Positions 19,058-29,663 of a stretch of DNA of 64,000 nucleotides are shown in pieces (position 1 is the first letter of the stretch; every line of letters begins with the position of its first letter). A model generated the notes under the pieces. It did not search any database. It was not told the DNA's origin and worked only from the letters and a program-made list of their open reading frames with translations. A program made the translations under genes and the position numbers. The stretch is from an uncultured Candidatus Rokubacteria bacterium (lineage in GTDB: Bacteria; Methylomirabilota; Methylomirabilia; Rokubacteriales; CSP1-6): assembly GCA_963762145.1 (NCBI GenBank), contig CAVXJS010000014.1:544001-608000 (forward strand), in the 5' to 3' direction.

Positions 19058-21292
19058 TGGCCGCGCGCGTCTCCCGGCGGAGCTTCCTCGCCGCGGGCGG
19101 GGTGTTGATCGTGGGACTCGGGCTCGACGGGCTCGGCCGGGCCGGCGCGCAGTCCATCCCCGACGCGGACCGCTTCCTCGGGAAGTCCCTCGCCCCCGAC
19201 GCGGTGGACTCGTTCCTGGCCGTGCACCGCGACGGCTCCGTCACCATCTTCGTCGGCCGGGTGGATCTCGGCACCGGCGGGCGCATCGCGATGCGTCAGC
19301 TCGCGGGCGAGGAGCTGGACATCCCGCTCGAGCGCATCGCGATGATCGAGGGCGATACCGCACTCACGCCCAACCAGGGCGGGACCGGCGGCAGCTACGG
19401 CATCGCCCGCGGCGGCTCCCAGCTCCGCCTGGCCGCCGCGACCGCGCGCCGGGGCTCGTCGACCTGGCCGCGCAGCGCCTGGGCCGGCCCGCCGGCGATC
19501 TCGAGGTCGCCGACGGCGTGGTGCGGGGCAAGGACGGCACCGGGTCGGTGAGCTACGGCGAGCTGATCGGCGATCGCGCGCTGAATCTGAAGGTGGACCA
19601 GGCGGCGCCGCTCAAATCCCACGACCGCTTCCGCTTCATCGGCAAGTCGCTGCCCCGGCCGGATCTGCCCGCGAAGATCACCGGGCACCACCGCTACCTC
19701 CAAGACCTGGTGCTGCCCGGACATGCTCCACGCCCGGGTGATCCGCCCGCCCGCGTTCGGCGCCACGCTGGTCTCGGTCGACGAATCGTCGATCGCCGCC
19801 ATCGGGGGCGCCCGCGTGGTGCGGATCCAGAGCTTCCTCGCGGTGGTCGCCGAGCGCGAGTGGGACGCGCTGCGGGCGGCGCGCGCGCTCAAGACCCAGT
19901 GGAGCGGCGGGCACCGGTCTGCCGGATCATGCCAAGGAGTTCGAGGCGATGCGGACGAGCCGGGTTGTCCGTGACCAGGAGGTCGCCAGGAAGGGCGATC
20001 TCGCGGCCCTGAGCGCGCCGCCGGCCGGGACGCGCACGCTCGCCGCCTCCTATCGCTGGCCCATGCAGACCCACGGCTCCATCGGGCCGTCCTGCGGCGT
20101 GGCCGACGTGCGGGCCGATCGCGTCACGGTGTGGACCTCGTCCCAGAACGTGCACGGCTTCCAGGGCACGTGCGCCCGGGTGCTCGGCGTCGAGCGCGAC
20201 CGCGTGCGCGTCATCTACATCGACGGCTCGGGCTCCTACGGTCCCAACGGGGCCGACGACGCGGCTGCGGAGGCGGCGCTCCTTTCCAAGGCCGTCGGCC
20301 GGCCGGTACGGGTGCAGTGGAGCCGGCAGGAGGAGCACGGGCTCGATCCCAAGGGCCCGGCCCAGCTTCTCGACCTGCGCGCCGCGGTGGACAAGGACGG
20401 CGAGGTGGCCGCGTGGGAGACGCAGGCGTGGCTGCCCATCGCCACCGCCAACCTGCCGAACATCCCGCTCCTGGCCCTGGACGCGGCGGGCATCCAGCAG
20501 ACGCAGGGCCGCTCCACCGGCCTGATCTACCAGAACGTGGACCCGCCCTACGCGATGCCCAACCTGAACGCGGTCGTGCACTGGCTGCCGGACGCGCCGC
20601 TCCGCACCTCGGCGCTCCGCGCGCCCGGCAAGATCGCCAATACCTTCGCGGTGGAGTCGTTCACCGACGAGATCGCCGCGCTGGCCCGCGTGGACCCGCT
20701 GGAGTTCCGGGTACGCCGGCTCTCCAATCCGCGCGGGCTCGAGGTGCTGCGCCGGCTCGCCGCGCGCATGGGCTGGCAGCCGCGGCCGTCACCCCGACCG
20801 GTCGACCGTCGGGCGGCCGTGCTCACCGGCCGCGGCCTCGCCTACGTGCACTACAAGCACGAGGAGACGATCGTGGCGATGGGCATGGAGGTGGCGGTGG
20901 AGCGCGCCACCGGGCGCATCCGGGTGACGCGGGTGGTGTGCGCGCACGACTGCGGGCTCATGATCAACCCCGACTGCGTGCAGGCCCAGCTCGAGGGCAA
21001 CATCCTCCAGACCCTCTCGCGCTCCCTGCACGAGGAAGTGGTCTACGATCGGGACCGCGTCACCAGCGTGGACTGGGGCTCGTACCCGATCCTCACGTTT
21101 CCGGAAGTGCCCAGGCTCGAGTTCGAGCTGATCCAGCGGCTCGACCAGCCCCCGCTCGGGGCGGGGGAGGCGGCCTCCACGCCGGTGCCGGCCGCGCTCG
21201 GCAACGCGGTGTTCGACGCGACCGGGGTGCGGCTGCGCACGGTACCGTTCCGGCCCGAGCGGATGAAGGCCGCGCTGGAGGGCCGCTCATGA
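19057..21292 (+). CDS. Tat-exported molybdopterin-binding subunit (IorB/aldehyde oxidoreductase family); three single-base frameshifts at about 19453, 19720 and 19910
   Basis: SRRSFL Tat motif, G.VDLGTG, MLHARVIRPP, GSGSYG, LRAPG, DCGLMINPD, GAGE. The pieces in ORFs 18553, 19518, 19723 and 19949 are collinear. Confidence 0.85.
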
Positions 21293-22119
21293 TCGAGGTG
21301 CGACGCCTGGGCCCGCAGATCGGCGCCGAGATCCTGGGCGTCGACGTCCGGACGCTCGACGACGCGGGATTCGCGACGATCTATCGCGCGTGGCTCGACC
21401 ACAACGTGACGGTGGTGCCGGGGCAGGACCTCGCGCTCGACGACTTCGTGACCTACAGCCGCCGCTTCGGCCAGGTCGTCCCGCATCCGTCGAAGATGAC
21501 GCGCCACCCGGAGCGGCCCGAGGTCACCCTGCTCGGCGTCAACAAGTTCGGCGCCGACGGCGCGCTCGACATGGCGATCTACCGCCGCGGCGCCGAGGGC
21601 TGGCACACCGACGGCGCCTACGACGAGGTGCCGTTCAAGGCGACCCAGCTCTACGCCCTCGCGGTGCCGAGCCGCGGCGGCGACACGCACTTCGCCAGCA
21701 TGTACGCCGCCTACGACGCGCTGCCGCCGCGGTTGAAGGAGCGCCTGGAAGGCCGCAAGGGCGCCTTCACCTACGGGGGCCGCAAGAAGGCGACCGCGCT
21801 GCTGAACGCGGAGGACCGCGACTGGACCCCGGTCTTCCACCCGATCATCCGCACGCACCCGGAGACCGGCCGCAAGGGCCTCTACTTCGACCCGGGCAAG
21901 ATCCTGCATATAGAGGGACTCGAGCCGGCGGAGAGCGACGCGCTGATCGACGAGCTGACCGAGCGCATGATCCAGCCCGAGGGCCAGTACACGCACCAAT
22001 GGCGCAAGGGCGACATCGTGATCTGGGACAACCGCTGCTCGTACCACAAGGCGGCCGGCGACTATCCGCCGGAGGAAGACCGCATCCACTGGCGCGTATC
22101 GATCAAGGAGCGGACATGA
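21289..22119 (+). CDS. TauD/TfdA family 2-oxoglutarate/Fe(II) dioxygenase
   Basis: WHTD, HPIIRTHPETGRK, WDNRCSYH. ATGA overlap with the upstream gene. Confidence 0.92.
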   Translation: MIEVRRLGPQIGAEILGVDVRTLDDAGFATIYRAWLDHNVTVVPGQDLALDDFVTYSRRFGQVVPHPSKMTRHPERPEVTLLGVNKFGADGALDMAIYRRGAEGWHTDGAYDEVPFKATQLYALAVPSRGGDTHFASMYAAYDALPPRLKERLEGRKGAFTYGGRKKATALLNAEDRDWTPVFHPIIRTHPETGRKGLYFDPGKILHIEGLEPAESDALIDELTERMIQPEGQYTHQWRKGDIVIWDNRCSYHKAAGDYPPEEDRIHWRVSIKERT

Positions 22120-22832
22120 ACGTCGTCGCGCGAATGCTCACGCAGGAGGAGGACGGCATCCCCGGCTACATGGCGCATCCGGAGGGCCCCGGGCAGCGGC
22201 CGGGTATCCTGATGGTCCACCACGCCCACGGGGTCACCGCGGACTACAAGATCGACGCCTATCGTCTCGCGTGCCTCGGCTTCAACGTGCTCGCGCCGGA
22301 CCTCTTCAACATGTTCGGCATCGCGGGTACCACCCACATCGGCATGGGCGCGGATCTGCAGGCCAAGCACGGCGACGACGAGTTCCTGGGCAAGATGGAC
22401 GAGGCGTGGCGCTACCTGATCGACCGCATGCGCACCGATCCCGCGCGCACCGGCTGCATCGGCCACTGCATGGGCGGGCGGCTGCTGATCCCCTTCGCGG
22501 CCGATCACCCGTCGGTGAAGGCGATCGTGCTCTACTACCCCTCGGTGCGCGACGAGCCCGAGACCTCGCACCGGCCCCGGCACGCCTTCCACCTGGCCAG
22601 GACGCTCCAGTGCGCCTCGCTGGTCTTCGCGGCGGGCCAGGACTACATCGCCACGCCGGCCATCCAGGGCCCGCTCTGGCAGAGCTTCATCGCCAATGGC
22701 AAGCTCGTGGAGTGGCACTTCTTCTCCGACGCCAACCACGGCTTCCGCCACCCGGACAACGCGGGCTTCCAGCCCTACTACGCGGATCTCAGCTGGCCCC
22801 TGACCACGAGCTTCCTGCAGCGCACCGTCTGA
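22116..22832 (+). CDS. Dienelactone hydrolase family protein
   Basis: GHCMGG nucleophile elbow, Asp in GQD, ANHGF. Confidence 0.88.
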   Translation: MNVVARMLTQEEDGIPGYMAHPEGPGQRPGILMVHHAHGVTADYKIDAYRLACLGFNVLAPDLFNMFGIAGTTHIGMGADLQAKHGDDEFLGKMDEAWRYLIDRMRTDPARTGCIGHCMGGRLLIPFAADHPSVKAIVLYYPSVRDEPETSHRPRHAFHLARTLQCASLVFAAGQDYIATPAIQGPLWQSFIANGKLVEWHFFSDANHGFRHPDNAGFQPYYADLSWPLTTSFLQRTV

Positions 22833-22852
22833 TCGCAAAGAGGAGATCGACA

Positions 22853-23278
22853 ATGAGCGAGCCCAAGCAGAAGTTCAGCGCGAGCCTGGCCAAGGACGCC
22901 GTCTACCAGCAGGGCCTCCGCAGCTTCATGGAGTACCGGGACCTCGGTATCGCGGACGCCACCCACGGCAAGATGCGCGCCCACATCGTCCGCGTGAAGC
23001 AGGGCGGCGACACCCACGACCTGCACACCACGGGTCTCCACAAGCACGAGTGCGACTTCCAGATGTTCTACGTGCTCAAGGGCACGATCAAGTTCGTCTA
23101 CGAGGGCGTGGGCGAGCGCACCTTCGGGCCCGGCGACTGCGTGCTCCAGCCCGCTGGCATCGTCCACAACGAGCTCGAGTGCACCGACGACCTCGAAATT
23201 CTGGAGATCTACTCCCCCGCGGTGCACCCGACGGTTGCGGTCGAGAAGATGCCCGAGGTCGTGGCCGCCGCTCACTAG
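22853..23278 (+). CDS. Cupin domain protein
   Basis: H.H..DFQMFYVLKG and GDCVLQP.GIVHNE. GAGGAG RBS. Confidence 0.88.
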   Translation: MSEPKQKFSASLAKDAVYQQGLRSFMEYRDLGIADATHGKMRAHIVRVKQGGDTHDLHTTGLHKHECDFQMFYVLKGTIKFVYEGVGERTFGPGDCVLQPAGIVHNELECTDDLEILEIYSPAVHPTVAVEKMPEVVAAAH

Positions 23279-23290
23279 ACTCCCGCTTCT

Positions 23291-23331
23291 CCCTCTCCCC
23301 CTAAAGGGGGGAGAGGGTAGGGTGAGGGGGG
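23291..23331 (-). repeat. Palindromic repeat family A, copy 5
   Basis: CCCTCTCCCCC-TAAAG-GGGGGAGAGGG-TAGGGTGAGGGGGG. Confidence 0.85.
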
Positions 23332-23370
23332 TCGCTCTCGAACGGATCACAGCGAGGCCCGAGGCCAACC

Positions 23371-25104
23371 ATGCGCAAGACCATCACCGGCACCGGCGGC
23401 ATGCTGCTCCTCCAGACCCTCAAGGACGCGGGCGTGGAGTACCTCTTCACCAACCCGGGCTCCGCGGAGACCGGCCTCTTCGCCGCCATTGCCGAGGACG
23501 GCGACAACCGGTTGGTGGTCGGCAAGCACGAGGGCCTGGTCGCCGCGATGGCCGACGGCTACCACCGCATCAGCGGCAAGGTCGGCGTGGTCATCGCGCA
23601 CGTGATGGGCGGCTCCTACCAGCTCGCCGGCCAGCTGTTCAACGCGCAGGTCGCGGGCTCATCCCTGCTCGTGATCGCGGGAGACTGGGCTTCGGAGCTC
23701 CAGGACTATCGCGGGCTCGCCCCGTTCCCCGGGCTGAGCCAGGCGGAATCCATGCGCCCGATCACCAAGGAGGCGCGCTGCGCCTACCAGGTGCACACGA
23801 ATCCCAAGGCGATCAGCGTGGCCACCATCCGCGCGCTGCGCGAGGCCACCACGCCGCCGACCGGGCCCGTGTACCTCTCGATCAGCGCGGAGCTGCTGCA
23901 CACCGAAGGGCTCGAGGCGACGATCGGCGAGGGCGCGAAGTATCAGATCGAGCGGCCGGGGCCGGCGCGGGCCCAGACGGTGGCCGCCATCGCCAAGCGG
24001 CTGGGCGAGGCGCAGTGCCCGGTGCTGATGTTCGGCGACGACGTGTGGCGCGAGGGCGCGCAGGCGGAGGCGGTGCGGCTGGCCGAGGCGCTGGAGGCGC
24101 CGGTGTTCGCGAGCCGGCAGATCTTCCAGAACTTCCCCACGCGGCATCCGCTCTTCTGCGGCAACTATCCCGTCTCCAAGGACTTCGAGAAGGCCACCGG
24201 GCTCAAGCCGGATCTGATCTTCCTGGTGGGCTGCCAGGGCGTGCACGGCAGCGTGAACGAGCCGGTCATCATGCAGATCGGGCCGAACCCGCTGCTGATG
24301 GGCCGGCACTATCCGCTCGACCTCGCCGCGCAGTGCGAGACGACGGAGACCCTGCGCGGCATCACCCAGGCGCTCGGCCGCGTGCACGGGCCCGAGAAGG
24401 CGGGGGCGTGGGCCACCCAGCGCGCGAAGGTGCGCACCTACGCCGCGATGCTGATCGAGCGGGAAGAGAACCTGGTGCGCGAGCACGAGCACGATTCGCC
24501 GGTGCACCCGGCGGTGCTGGAAGCGCACCTCGCGTCCATCCTGCCGAAGAACACGGTGATGGTGCAGGAGAGCTCGACGGCGCGGACCACGCTGCTGCCG
24601 TTCGGCCACGGCGGCATGGACTGGACGCGCAGCGGCGGCGGCTCGCTCGGCTTCGGAGTGGGCGCGGCCATCGGGGCCAAGATCGCGGTCGGGCGCGAGC
24701 GGCCGGTCGTCCTGCACCTGGGCGACGGCGCGCTCGGCTACAGCGCCTCGGGCTTCTGGACGATGGCGCGCTACAACACCGCGGTGCTCACGATCGTCTC
24801 GAACAACGAGAGCTACCAGATCGTGCGGCACAACTGGGCCAAGGAGATGCCGGACAGCAAGATGATCCGCGAGGGCAAGTACCCCGGCCTCTGGCTGAGC
24901 GCCCCCGCCACCGACCACGTCGCCCTGGCGCGCTCGCAGGGCGTGGACGGCGAGGCGGTGACCACCGTGAAGGAGCTGGAGCCGGCGCTCCGGCGCGGCA
25001 TGGACAAGATCACGCGCGAGAACCGGCCGTACCTGATCGACGTGTCGGTGCAGCGCGAGGGAATCGGCGCCGAGTCCACCTGGTACCAGGACTGGCAGCT
25101 CTAG
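23371..25104 (+). CDS. TPP-binding protein, benzoylformate decarboxylase/acetolactate synthase-like
   Basis: NPGSAE, HEG..AMADGY, GGSLGFG and GDGA...NN.SY TPP motif. Confidence 0.9.
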   Translation: MRKTITGTGGMLLLQTLKDAGVEYLFTNPGSAETGLFAAIAEDGDNRLVVGKHEGLVAAMADGYHRISGKVGVVIAHVMGGSYQLAGQLFNAQVAGSSLLVIAGDWASELQDYRGLAPFPGLSQAESMRPITKEARCAYQVHTNPKAISVATIRALREATTPPTGPVYLSISAELLHTEGLEATIGEGAKYQIERPGPARAQTVAAIAKRLGEAQCPVLMFGDDVWREGAQAEAVRLAEALEAPVFASRQIFQNFPTRHPLFCGNYPVSKDFEKATGLKPDLIFLVGCQGVHGSVNEPVIMQIGPNPLLMGRHYPLDLAAQCETTETLRGITQALGRVHGPEKAGAWATQRAKVRTYAAMLIEREENLVREHEHDSPVHPAVLEAHLASILPKNTVMVQESSTARTTLLPFGHGGMDWTRSGGGSLGFGVGAAIGAKIAVGRERPVVLHLGDGALGYSASGFWTMARYNTAVLTIVSNNESYQIVRHNWAKEMPDSKMIREGKYPGLWLSAPATDHVALARSQGVDGEAVTTVKELEPALRRGMDKITRENRPYLIDVSVQREGIGAESTWYQDWQL

Positions 25105-25110
25105 GACGCG

Positions 25111-26034
25111 CTAATCGCCGGCCGGGATGGGGACCTTCGGTCTCCAGTCGAGCCATTCCTTCTGGGGCTTGTCGTGCAGCAGGAAGACCGTCGTCTCCTT
25201 CGCGGGAGGCGCCTCGGCATCCTCCGGGGTGGCGAACGCGATACCGCCGGTCACGAGCGATCGCAGGGAGTCCACGTTGACCTGCAGACCGCGGAAGAGG
25301 CCGAAGTCGACGTCCACGCCGCCGATGATCCAGAACCGCGAGCCGATCCGGACCAGGCGCGCATACCGCTGGGGGATGAACACGCGTGCCTGCGCGGCCG
25401 TGGCGTCGCGGCTGAGATCGGTCGCGGTGACCGAGCCGATCTCGATGCCGCGATAGAAGAGCGGCGAGCCCTGACGGACGGATCCGAGCTGGCTCGCGGT
25501 CAGCGTGATGTTGAGCCCGGCCTGGCCCATGCTCGGCGAAGCGCTCTCGAGCCCGACGAAGTCCTTCTTCTCCTTGCCCTTGCCGGGCAGCGCCTGGATG
25601 TAGGAGCCGGTGAGGACGGTGCTGAGGCCGCGCACGGTGCCGAAGCCGACCTCGGGGCGCACGATCCAGAAGATCGATCCATCGCGGGCGAGGGCGGCGG
25701 CGCTCTGTCGGAGCTGCGCGGTCACCACCACGTGCGCCTGGTCCGGGCTCAGCTCGGCGACGGTGACGTGGCCGACCGGCACGCCCCGGTAGCGGATCTC
25801 GGTCTGATCGGGCTTCACGCCGCTGGCGTCCCGGAACTTGATCCGGATGGTCGGGCCGACCTCCTGCATGCGCTGGTAGACGAGACTGCCCGCGACGAGC
25901 GCCGCCACCAGGGGAACGACCCATACCAGCGAGAAGCCCCACCGCCGCCGGCGCACCGTCGCCCGCGGGAGCGCCGCCTCCGGCGGCGGCTCCGGGGCGC
26001 GCTCCGGCGCCGCTTCCTCCGTCGGGTCCGTCAT
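25111..26034 (-). CDS. PqiB/MlaD (MCE) family protein, short form
   Basis: WVVPLVA anchor, GP.I.I.F..A.G, T.IRYRGV.VG.V, FWIVRP, GL.T.LTG.YI, G.P.FYRG..IG, GGIAFATP. Confidence 0.88.
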   Translation of the reverse strand: MTDPTEEAAPERAPEPPPEAALPRATVRRRRWGFSLVWVVPLVAALVAGSLVYQRMQEVGPTIRIKFRDASGVKPDQTEIRYRGVPVGHVTVAELSPDQAHVVVTAQLRQSAAALARDGSIFWIVRPEVGFGTVRGLSTVLTGSYIQALPGKGKEKKDFVGLESASPSMGQAGLNITLTASQLGSVRQGSPLFYRGIEIGSVTATDLSRDATAAQARVFIPQRYARLVRIGSRFWIIGGVDVDFGLFRGLQVNVDSLRSLVTGGIAFATPEDAEAPPAKETTVFLLHDKPQKEWLDWRPKVPIPAGD

Positions 26035-26660
26035 GGCTGCCGGTCGGGCTCGGCCCAGATCAGCGTGGGGTCGAAGCTGCTCGAGGCCAGGATGGTCAGC
26101 ACCACGACCGCGCCGAACGCGAACAGGCCGGGCCCGGGAAGGACGGTGGCGAGCTCGCCCAGCTTGACCAGCGAGACGAGGATCGCGAGCAGGAAGACAT
26201 CGAGCATGGCCCACGGGCCGATCCGGTCGATGGCCCGGTAGATCCAGGTCCTTGCCGGGCGCCGCCGCCGGTAGCCGAGGCCTACGGTCACGACCAGGAA
26301 GAAAAGACCGAGTAGTTTGAGGAAGGGAATGACCAGGCTGGCCAGGAACACCACGATCGCGACGAGCGTCTCGCCGCGCTGGAACAGGGTCTGGGTGCCC
26401 TCCCAGACCGTGCTCTCGGAGTGGACCCCGTAGAGGTCCATGCGGAGGATCGGCAAGGTATTGGCGGGTATATAGAAGGAGAGCGCCGCCAGCGTGAACG
26501 CGGCGGTGCGGGCGAGGCTATTGGGCTTGTGGTCCGCGAGCCGCCCCCCGCACCGCGCGCACGCCGCCACCATGCCCGGGGCGAGCGCCTCCAGGCGCTG
26601 CACGAGGCCGCAGATCCGGCAGCAGACCACGGTGTCCAAGGTGTCAGGCCAGTACTGCAA
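26031..26660 (-). CDS. pqiA: Paraquat-inducible protein A (single PqiA domain)
   Basis: CxxC...CxxC, YIPAN.LPI, IGPWAMLDVF..AILVSLVKL, SFDP..IW. TTG start uncertain. Confidence 0.88.
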   Translation of the reverse strand: MQYWPDTLDTVVCCRICGLVQRLEALAPGMVAACARCGGRLADHKPNSLARTAAFTLAALSFYIPANTLPILRMDLYGVHSESTVWEGTQTLFQRGETLVAIVVFLASLVIPFLKLLGLFFLVVTVGLGYRRRRPARTWIYRAIDRIGPWAMLDVFLLAILVSLVKLGELATVLPGPGLFAFGAVVVLTILASSSFDPTLIWAEPDRQP

Positions 26661-26748
26661 TTCCAGGGCCTAGCGCGGGCGGGAGGGTTTGTGCGCCCGG
26701 ACGCCTTGCACTATGATGCCTGTGCCCTGGCCGAGACAGCCGCCCATC

Positions 26749-28050
26749 GTGACTGACCGTGACACGCGAGACGCCTTCCCGCCGCCCGCGCGGAGCCGGC
26801 GCTGGCGCGCCCTGGGTCTCGTCCTCATCGCGCTCGTCGTGCTCGCCGCCGCCGCGTACGGAGTCCACTCCTGGCGCTACTGGAGCCGCCACGTCTCGAC
26901 CGACGATGCCTTCGTCGAGGGACATGTCTCGCCGGTCAGCGCTCGGGTTCGAGGCACCGTGCTGGAGGTCCTCGTGCGCGACAACCAGGAGGTGGCGGCG
27001 GGGGCGCCGCTGGCGCGCCTGGACCCGCGCGACCTGGAGGTGAAGGTTCACCAGGCCCGCGCCGCGCTCGCGACCGCCGCGGGCCGGCTCAACATGGCCA
27101 CCGAGGGCGTGCCCCTGACGGACGAGTCCACCCGGAGCCTGGTGACGCGCGCGGAGGCGACGGTGGCGGGGGCCGCGCTCGGCATCGACAGCGCGCGGCG
27201 GACGCTCGAGGAGCGGCGCAGCCGGCTCCGCGCGCGTCGGGCCTCGGTCCAGGCCGCGCAGGCCGACGTCGCGGCCCGCCAGGCGGACTTCGAGCGCGCA
27301 CGGCTCGACCATCGGCGCATGCGGGAGCTGCTCGATCGCGGGCTGATCGCGCATCAGGAGTTCGACCACGCCGAGGCCGCGTTCCGGACCGGCGAGGCGG
27401 CCCTCGAGGCGACGCGGCAACGCGTGGACGTGGCGCACGCCGAGGTCGCCCAGGCCGAAGCCGAGATCGCCGCCCAGGAGGTAGCCCTGGTCCAGGCGCG
27501 CCGGCTGCACGAGGGCGCCGAGGCCACGCTCGCCGAGGCCCGGAGCCGCCGGCGCGAGGTGACGATCCGCGGCGCGGAGGCGACGAGCGTCGAGGCGCAG
27601 GTGGCCGAGGCGCGCGCGAACCTGCGCGAGGCCGAGCTGAACCTCGAGTACGCGACGATCACCGCGCCGGTCGCGGGCCGCGTCACCCGCCGGACGGTGG
27701 AGGTGGGGCAGACCGTGCAGCCGGGCCAGCCCCTGCTCGCCATCGTGGACGCGGCCAGCGTGTGGGTGGTCGCCAACTACAAGGAGACCCAGCTCACCCA
27801 CGTGCGCGCGGGCCAGCGCGCGTGGGTCTCGGTGGACACGCATCCCGACCTGGTGTTCCGCGCGCGGGTGGACTCGATCCAGAGCGGGACCGGCTCGCGC
27901 TTCTCGCTGCTGCCGCCCGAGAACGCCTCGGGCAACTTCGTGAAGGTCGTCCAGCGGGTCCCGGTGAAGCTCGTGCTCGAGCCCGGGCAGAACGGGCACG
28001 CGCTCCTCGTGCCCGGCATGTCGGTCGTTCCCACAATTGAGTTGAGATGA
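26749..28050 (+). CDS. HlyD/EmrA family membrane-fusion protein
   Basis: STDDAFV, VSARV.G.V, ANYKETQL, LLPPENASGNFVKVVQRVPV. Start uncertain (26713-26749). Confidence 0.9.
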   Translation: MTDRDTRDAFPPPARSRRWRALGLVLIALVVLAAAAYGVHSWRYWSRHVSTDDAFVEGHVSPVSARVRGTVLEVLVRDNQEVAAGAPLARLDPRDLEVKVHQARAALATAAGRLNMATEGVPLTDESTRSLVTRAEATVAGAALGIDSARRTLEERRSRLRARRASVQAAQADVAARQADFERARLDHRRMRELLDRGLIAHQEFDHAEAAFRTGEAALEATRQRVDVAHAEVAQAEAEIAAQEVALVQARRLHEGAEATLAEARSRRREVTIRGAEATSVEAQVAEARANLREAELNLEYATITAPVAGRVTRRTVEVGQTVQPGQPLLAIVDAASVWVVANYKETQLTHVRAGQRAWVSVDTHPDLVFRARVDSIQSGTGSRFSLLPPENASGNFVKVVQRVPVKLVLEPGQNGHALLVPGMSVVPTIELR

Positions 28051-29618
28051 GCCCGCGAGTGCTGCGGGCGATCGTGGCCATCACCACCATGATGGCCACG
28101 TTCCTGGTGGTCCTCGACGTCACGATCGCGAACGTGGCCCTCGACCACATGCGGGGCAGCCTCTCCGCGGGGGTGGACGAGATCACGTGGGTGCTGACCT
28201 CGTTCCTCGTCGCCAACGCGATCAGCCTGCCCATCACCGGATGGCTGACCGACCTGCTCGGGCGCAAGCGCCTCTTCATCGTGGCCACCGCCGCGTTCAC
28301 GATCACCTCCGCCGCGGTGGGGGCGGCCCCGAGCCTCGCGGTCATCGTGCTCGCGCGGTTCCTGCAGGGGCTGGCCGGCGGGCCGCTCGTGCCGCTCTCG
28401 CAGTCGACGATGATCGAGACGTTCCCCGCGCGCCAGAGCGGCATGGCGATGGCGATCTGGGGCATCGGCGTCATGTTCGCTCCGATCATCGGGCCGACGC
28501 TCGGCGGCTGGATCACCGACAACTGGAGCTGGCGGTGGGTGTTCTACATCAACGTGCCGGTGGGGGCGGCCGCGGTGGTGATGGGCTGGCTGTTCCTCCC
28601 CGACTCCGCCGAGGCCCGGCCGGCGGTGCGGCGCGTGGACGTGCCCGGCCTCGTCCTGCTCGTGGTCGGGGTGTCCGCGCTCCAGTTCGTGCTCGATCGC
28701 GGCCAGCGCGAGGACTGGCTCGCCTCCCCGCTCATCGTCTGGCTCGGGATCGTCGCCGCGGTGGCGCTGGTCGCCCTCGTGGTGCGCGAGCTCTACGCGG
28801 AGGAGCCGGTGGTGGACCTGCGGGTGCTGCGCCACTCGACGTTCGCGGTGGCGACCGCGGCCATGTTCGTCATCAGCATCGCGTTCTACGGGATCATGGT
28901 GCTCTCGCCGCTCTACACCCAGATCCTCATGGGCTACACCGCGATGCTCGCCGGGATGGTGCTCGCCCCGGGGGGCGTGGCCACCCTGATCACGATGCCG
29001 GTCGCGGGAGTGCTGATGCACCGCATCGATCCACGCTGGGTCATCGCGACGGGCTGCGCCCTGAACGCCTACGCGATGTACCTGATGGCCACCCTGACCC
29101 TCGAGGCGAGCTACTGGCACATCATGTGGCCGCGCTTCGTCCAGGGGCTCGGCATCGGCTTCACGTTCGTGCCGCTGTCCACGATGGCGCTCAGCTCGGT
29201 GCCGCGGCGCGAGCTGGGCCACGCTTCCGGGCTCTTCAACTTCACCCGGACCGTCGGGGGCAGCATCGGCATCGCGGCGGTGGCCACGATGCTGGAGCGG
29301 GGCTCGCAGGTGCACCAGTCGCGCCTGTCCGCCCACGTGAGCCTCTACGACCCCGAGGTGTGGGAGCGCTACCAGACGCTGGTCGGGCTCTACGCCACGC
29401 GCGGGGCCGATCCGGCCACCGCCGAGCAGCAGGCGTGGGCGCACCTCTACGAGATGGTGCAGCGCGAGGCGCTCGCGCTCTCGTTCATCGACAACTTCTG
29501 GCGCCTGGTGTGGATCTTCGCGGCGGTCATCCCGTTCGTGCTGTTCCTCCGCCGCGGCCCGCGCACCGGTGACAGCCCGGCCGAGGTGGAGCGGGCCGCC
29601 GCGATCGTCGAGGGGTGA
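28047..29618 (+). CDS. DHA2 (EmrB/QacA) MFS efflux permease
   Basis: LD.TIANVAL, WVLTS.L.A, GRKR, GP.LGGWITDN.SWRW.FYINVP. Confidence 0.92.
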   Translation: MSPRVLRAIVAITTMMATFLVVLDVTIANVALDHMRGSLSAGVDEITWVLTSFLVANAISLPITGWLTDLLGRKRLFIVATAAFTITSAAVGAAPSLAVIVLARFLQGLAGGPLVPLSQSTMIETFPARQSGMAMAIWGIGVMFAPIIGPTLGGWITDNWSWRWVFYINVPVGAAAVVMGWLFLPDSAEARPAVRRVDVPGLVLLVVGVSALQFVLDRGQREDWLASPLIVWLGIVAAVALVALVVRELYAEEPVVDLRVLRHSTFAVATAAMFVISIAFYGIMVLSPLYTQILMGYTAMLAGMVLAPGGVATLITMPVAGVLMHRIDPRWVIATGCALNAYAMYLMATLTLEASYWHIMWPRFVQGLGIGFTFVPLSTMALSSVPRRELGHASGLFNFTRTVGGSIGIAAVATMLERGSQVHQSRLSAHVSLYDPEVWERYQTLVGLYATRGADPATAEQQAWAHLYEMVQREALALSFIDNFWRLVWIFAAVIPFVLFLRRGPRTGDSPAEVERAAAIVEG

Positions 29619-29663
29619 GGGCGCTGGTGGGGCGCCCCGAGAAGCGATAGGATCGGGGCCACC

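Noticed and set aside
19057-21292. Programmed ribosomal frameshifting or true pseudogene in the IorB-like gene (also the SBP at 59990)
   Set aside because: There are no slippery heptamers or nonsense decay. Three single-base indels per gene fit consensus error better, although reads are needed to be sure.
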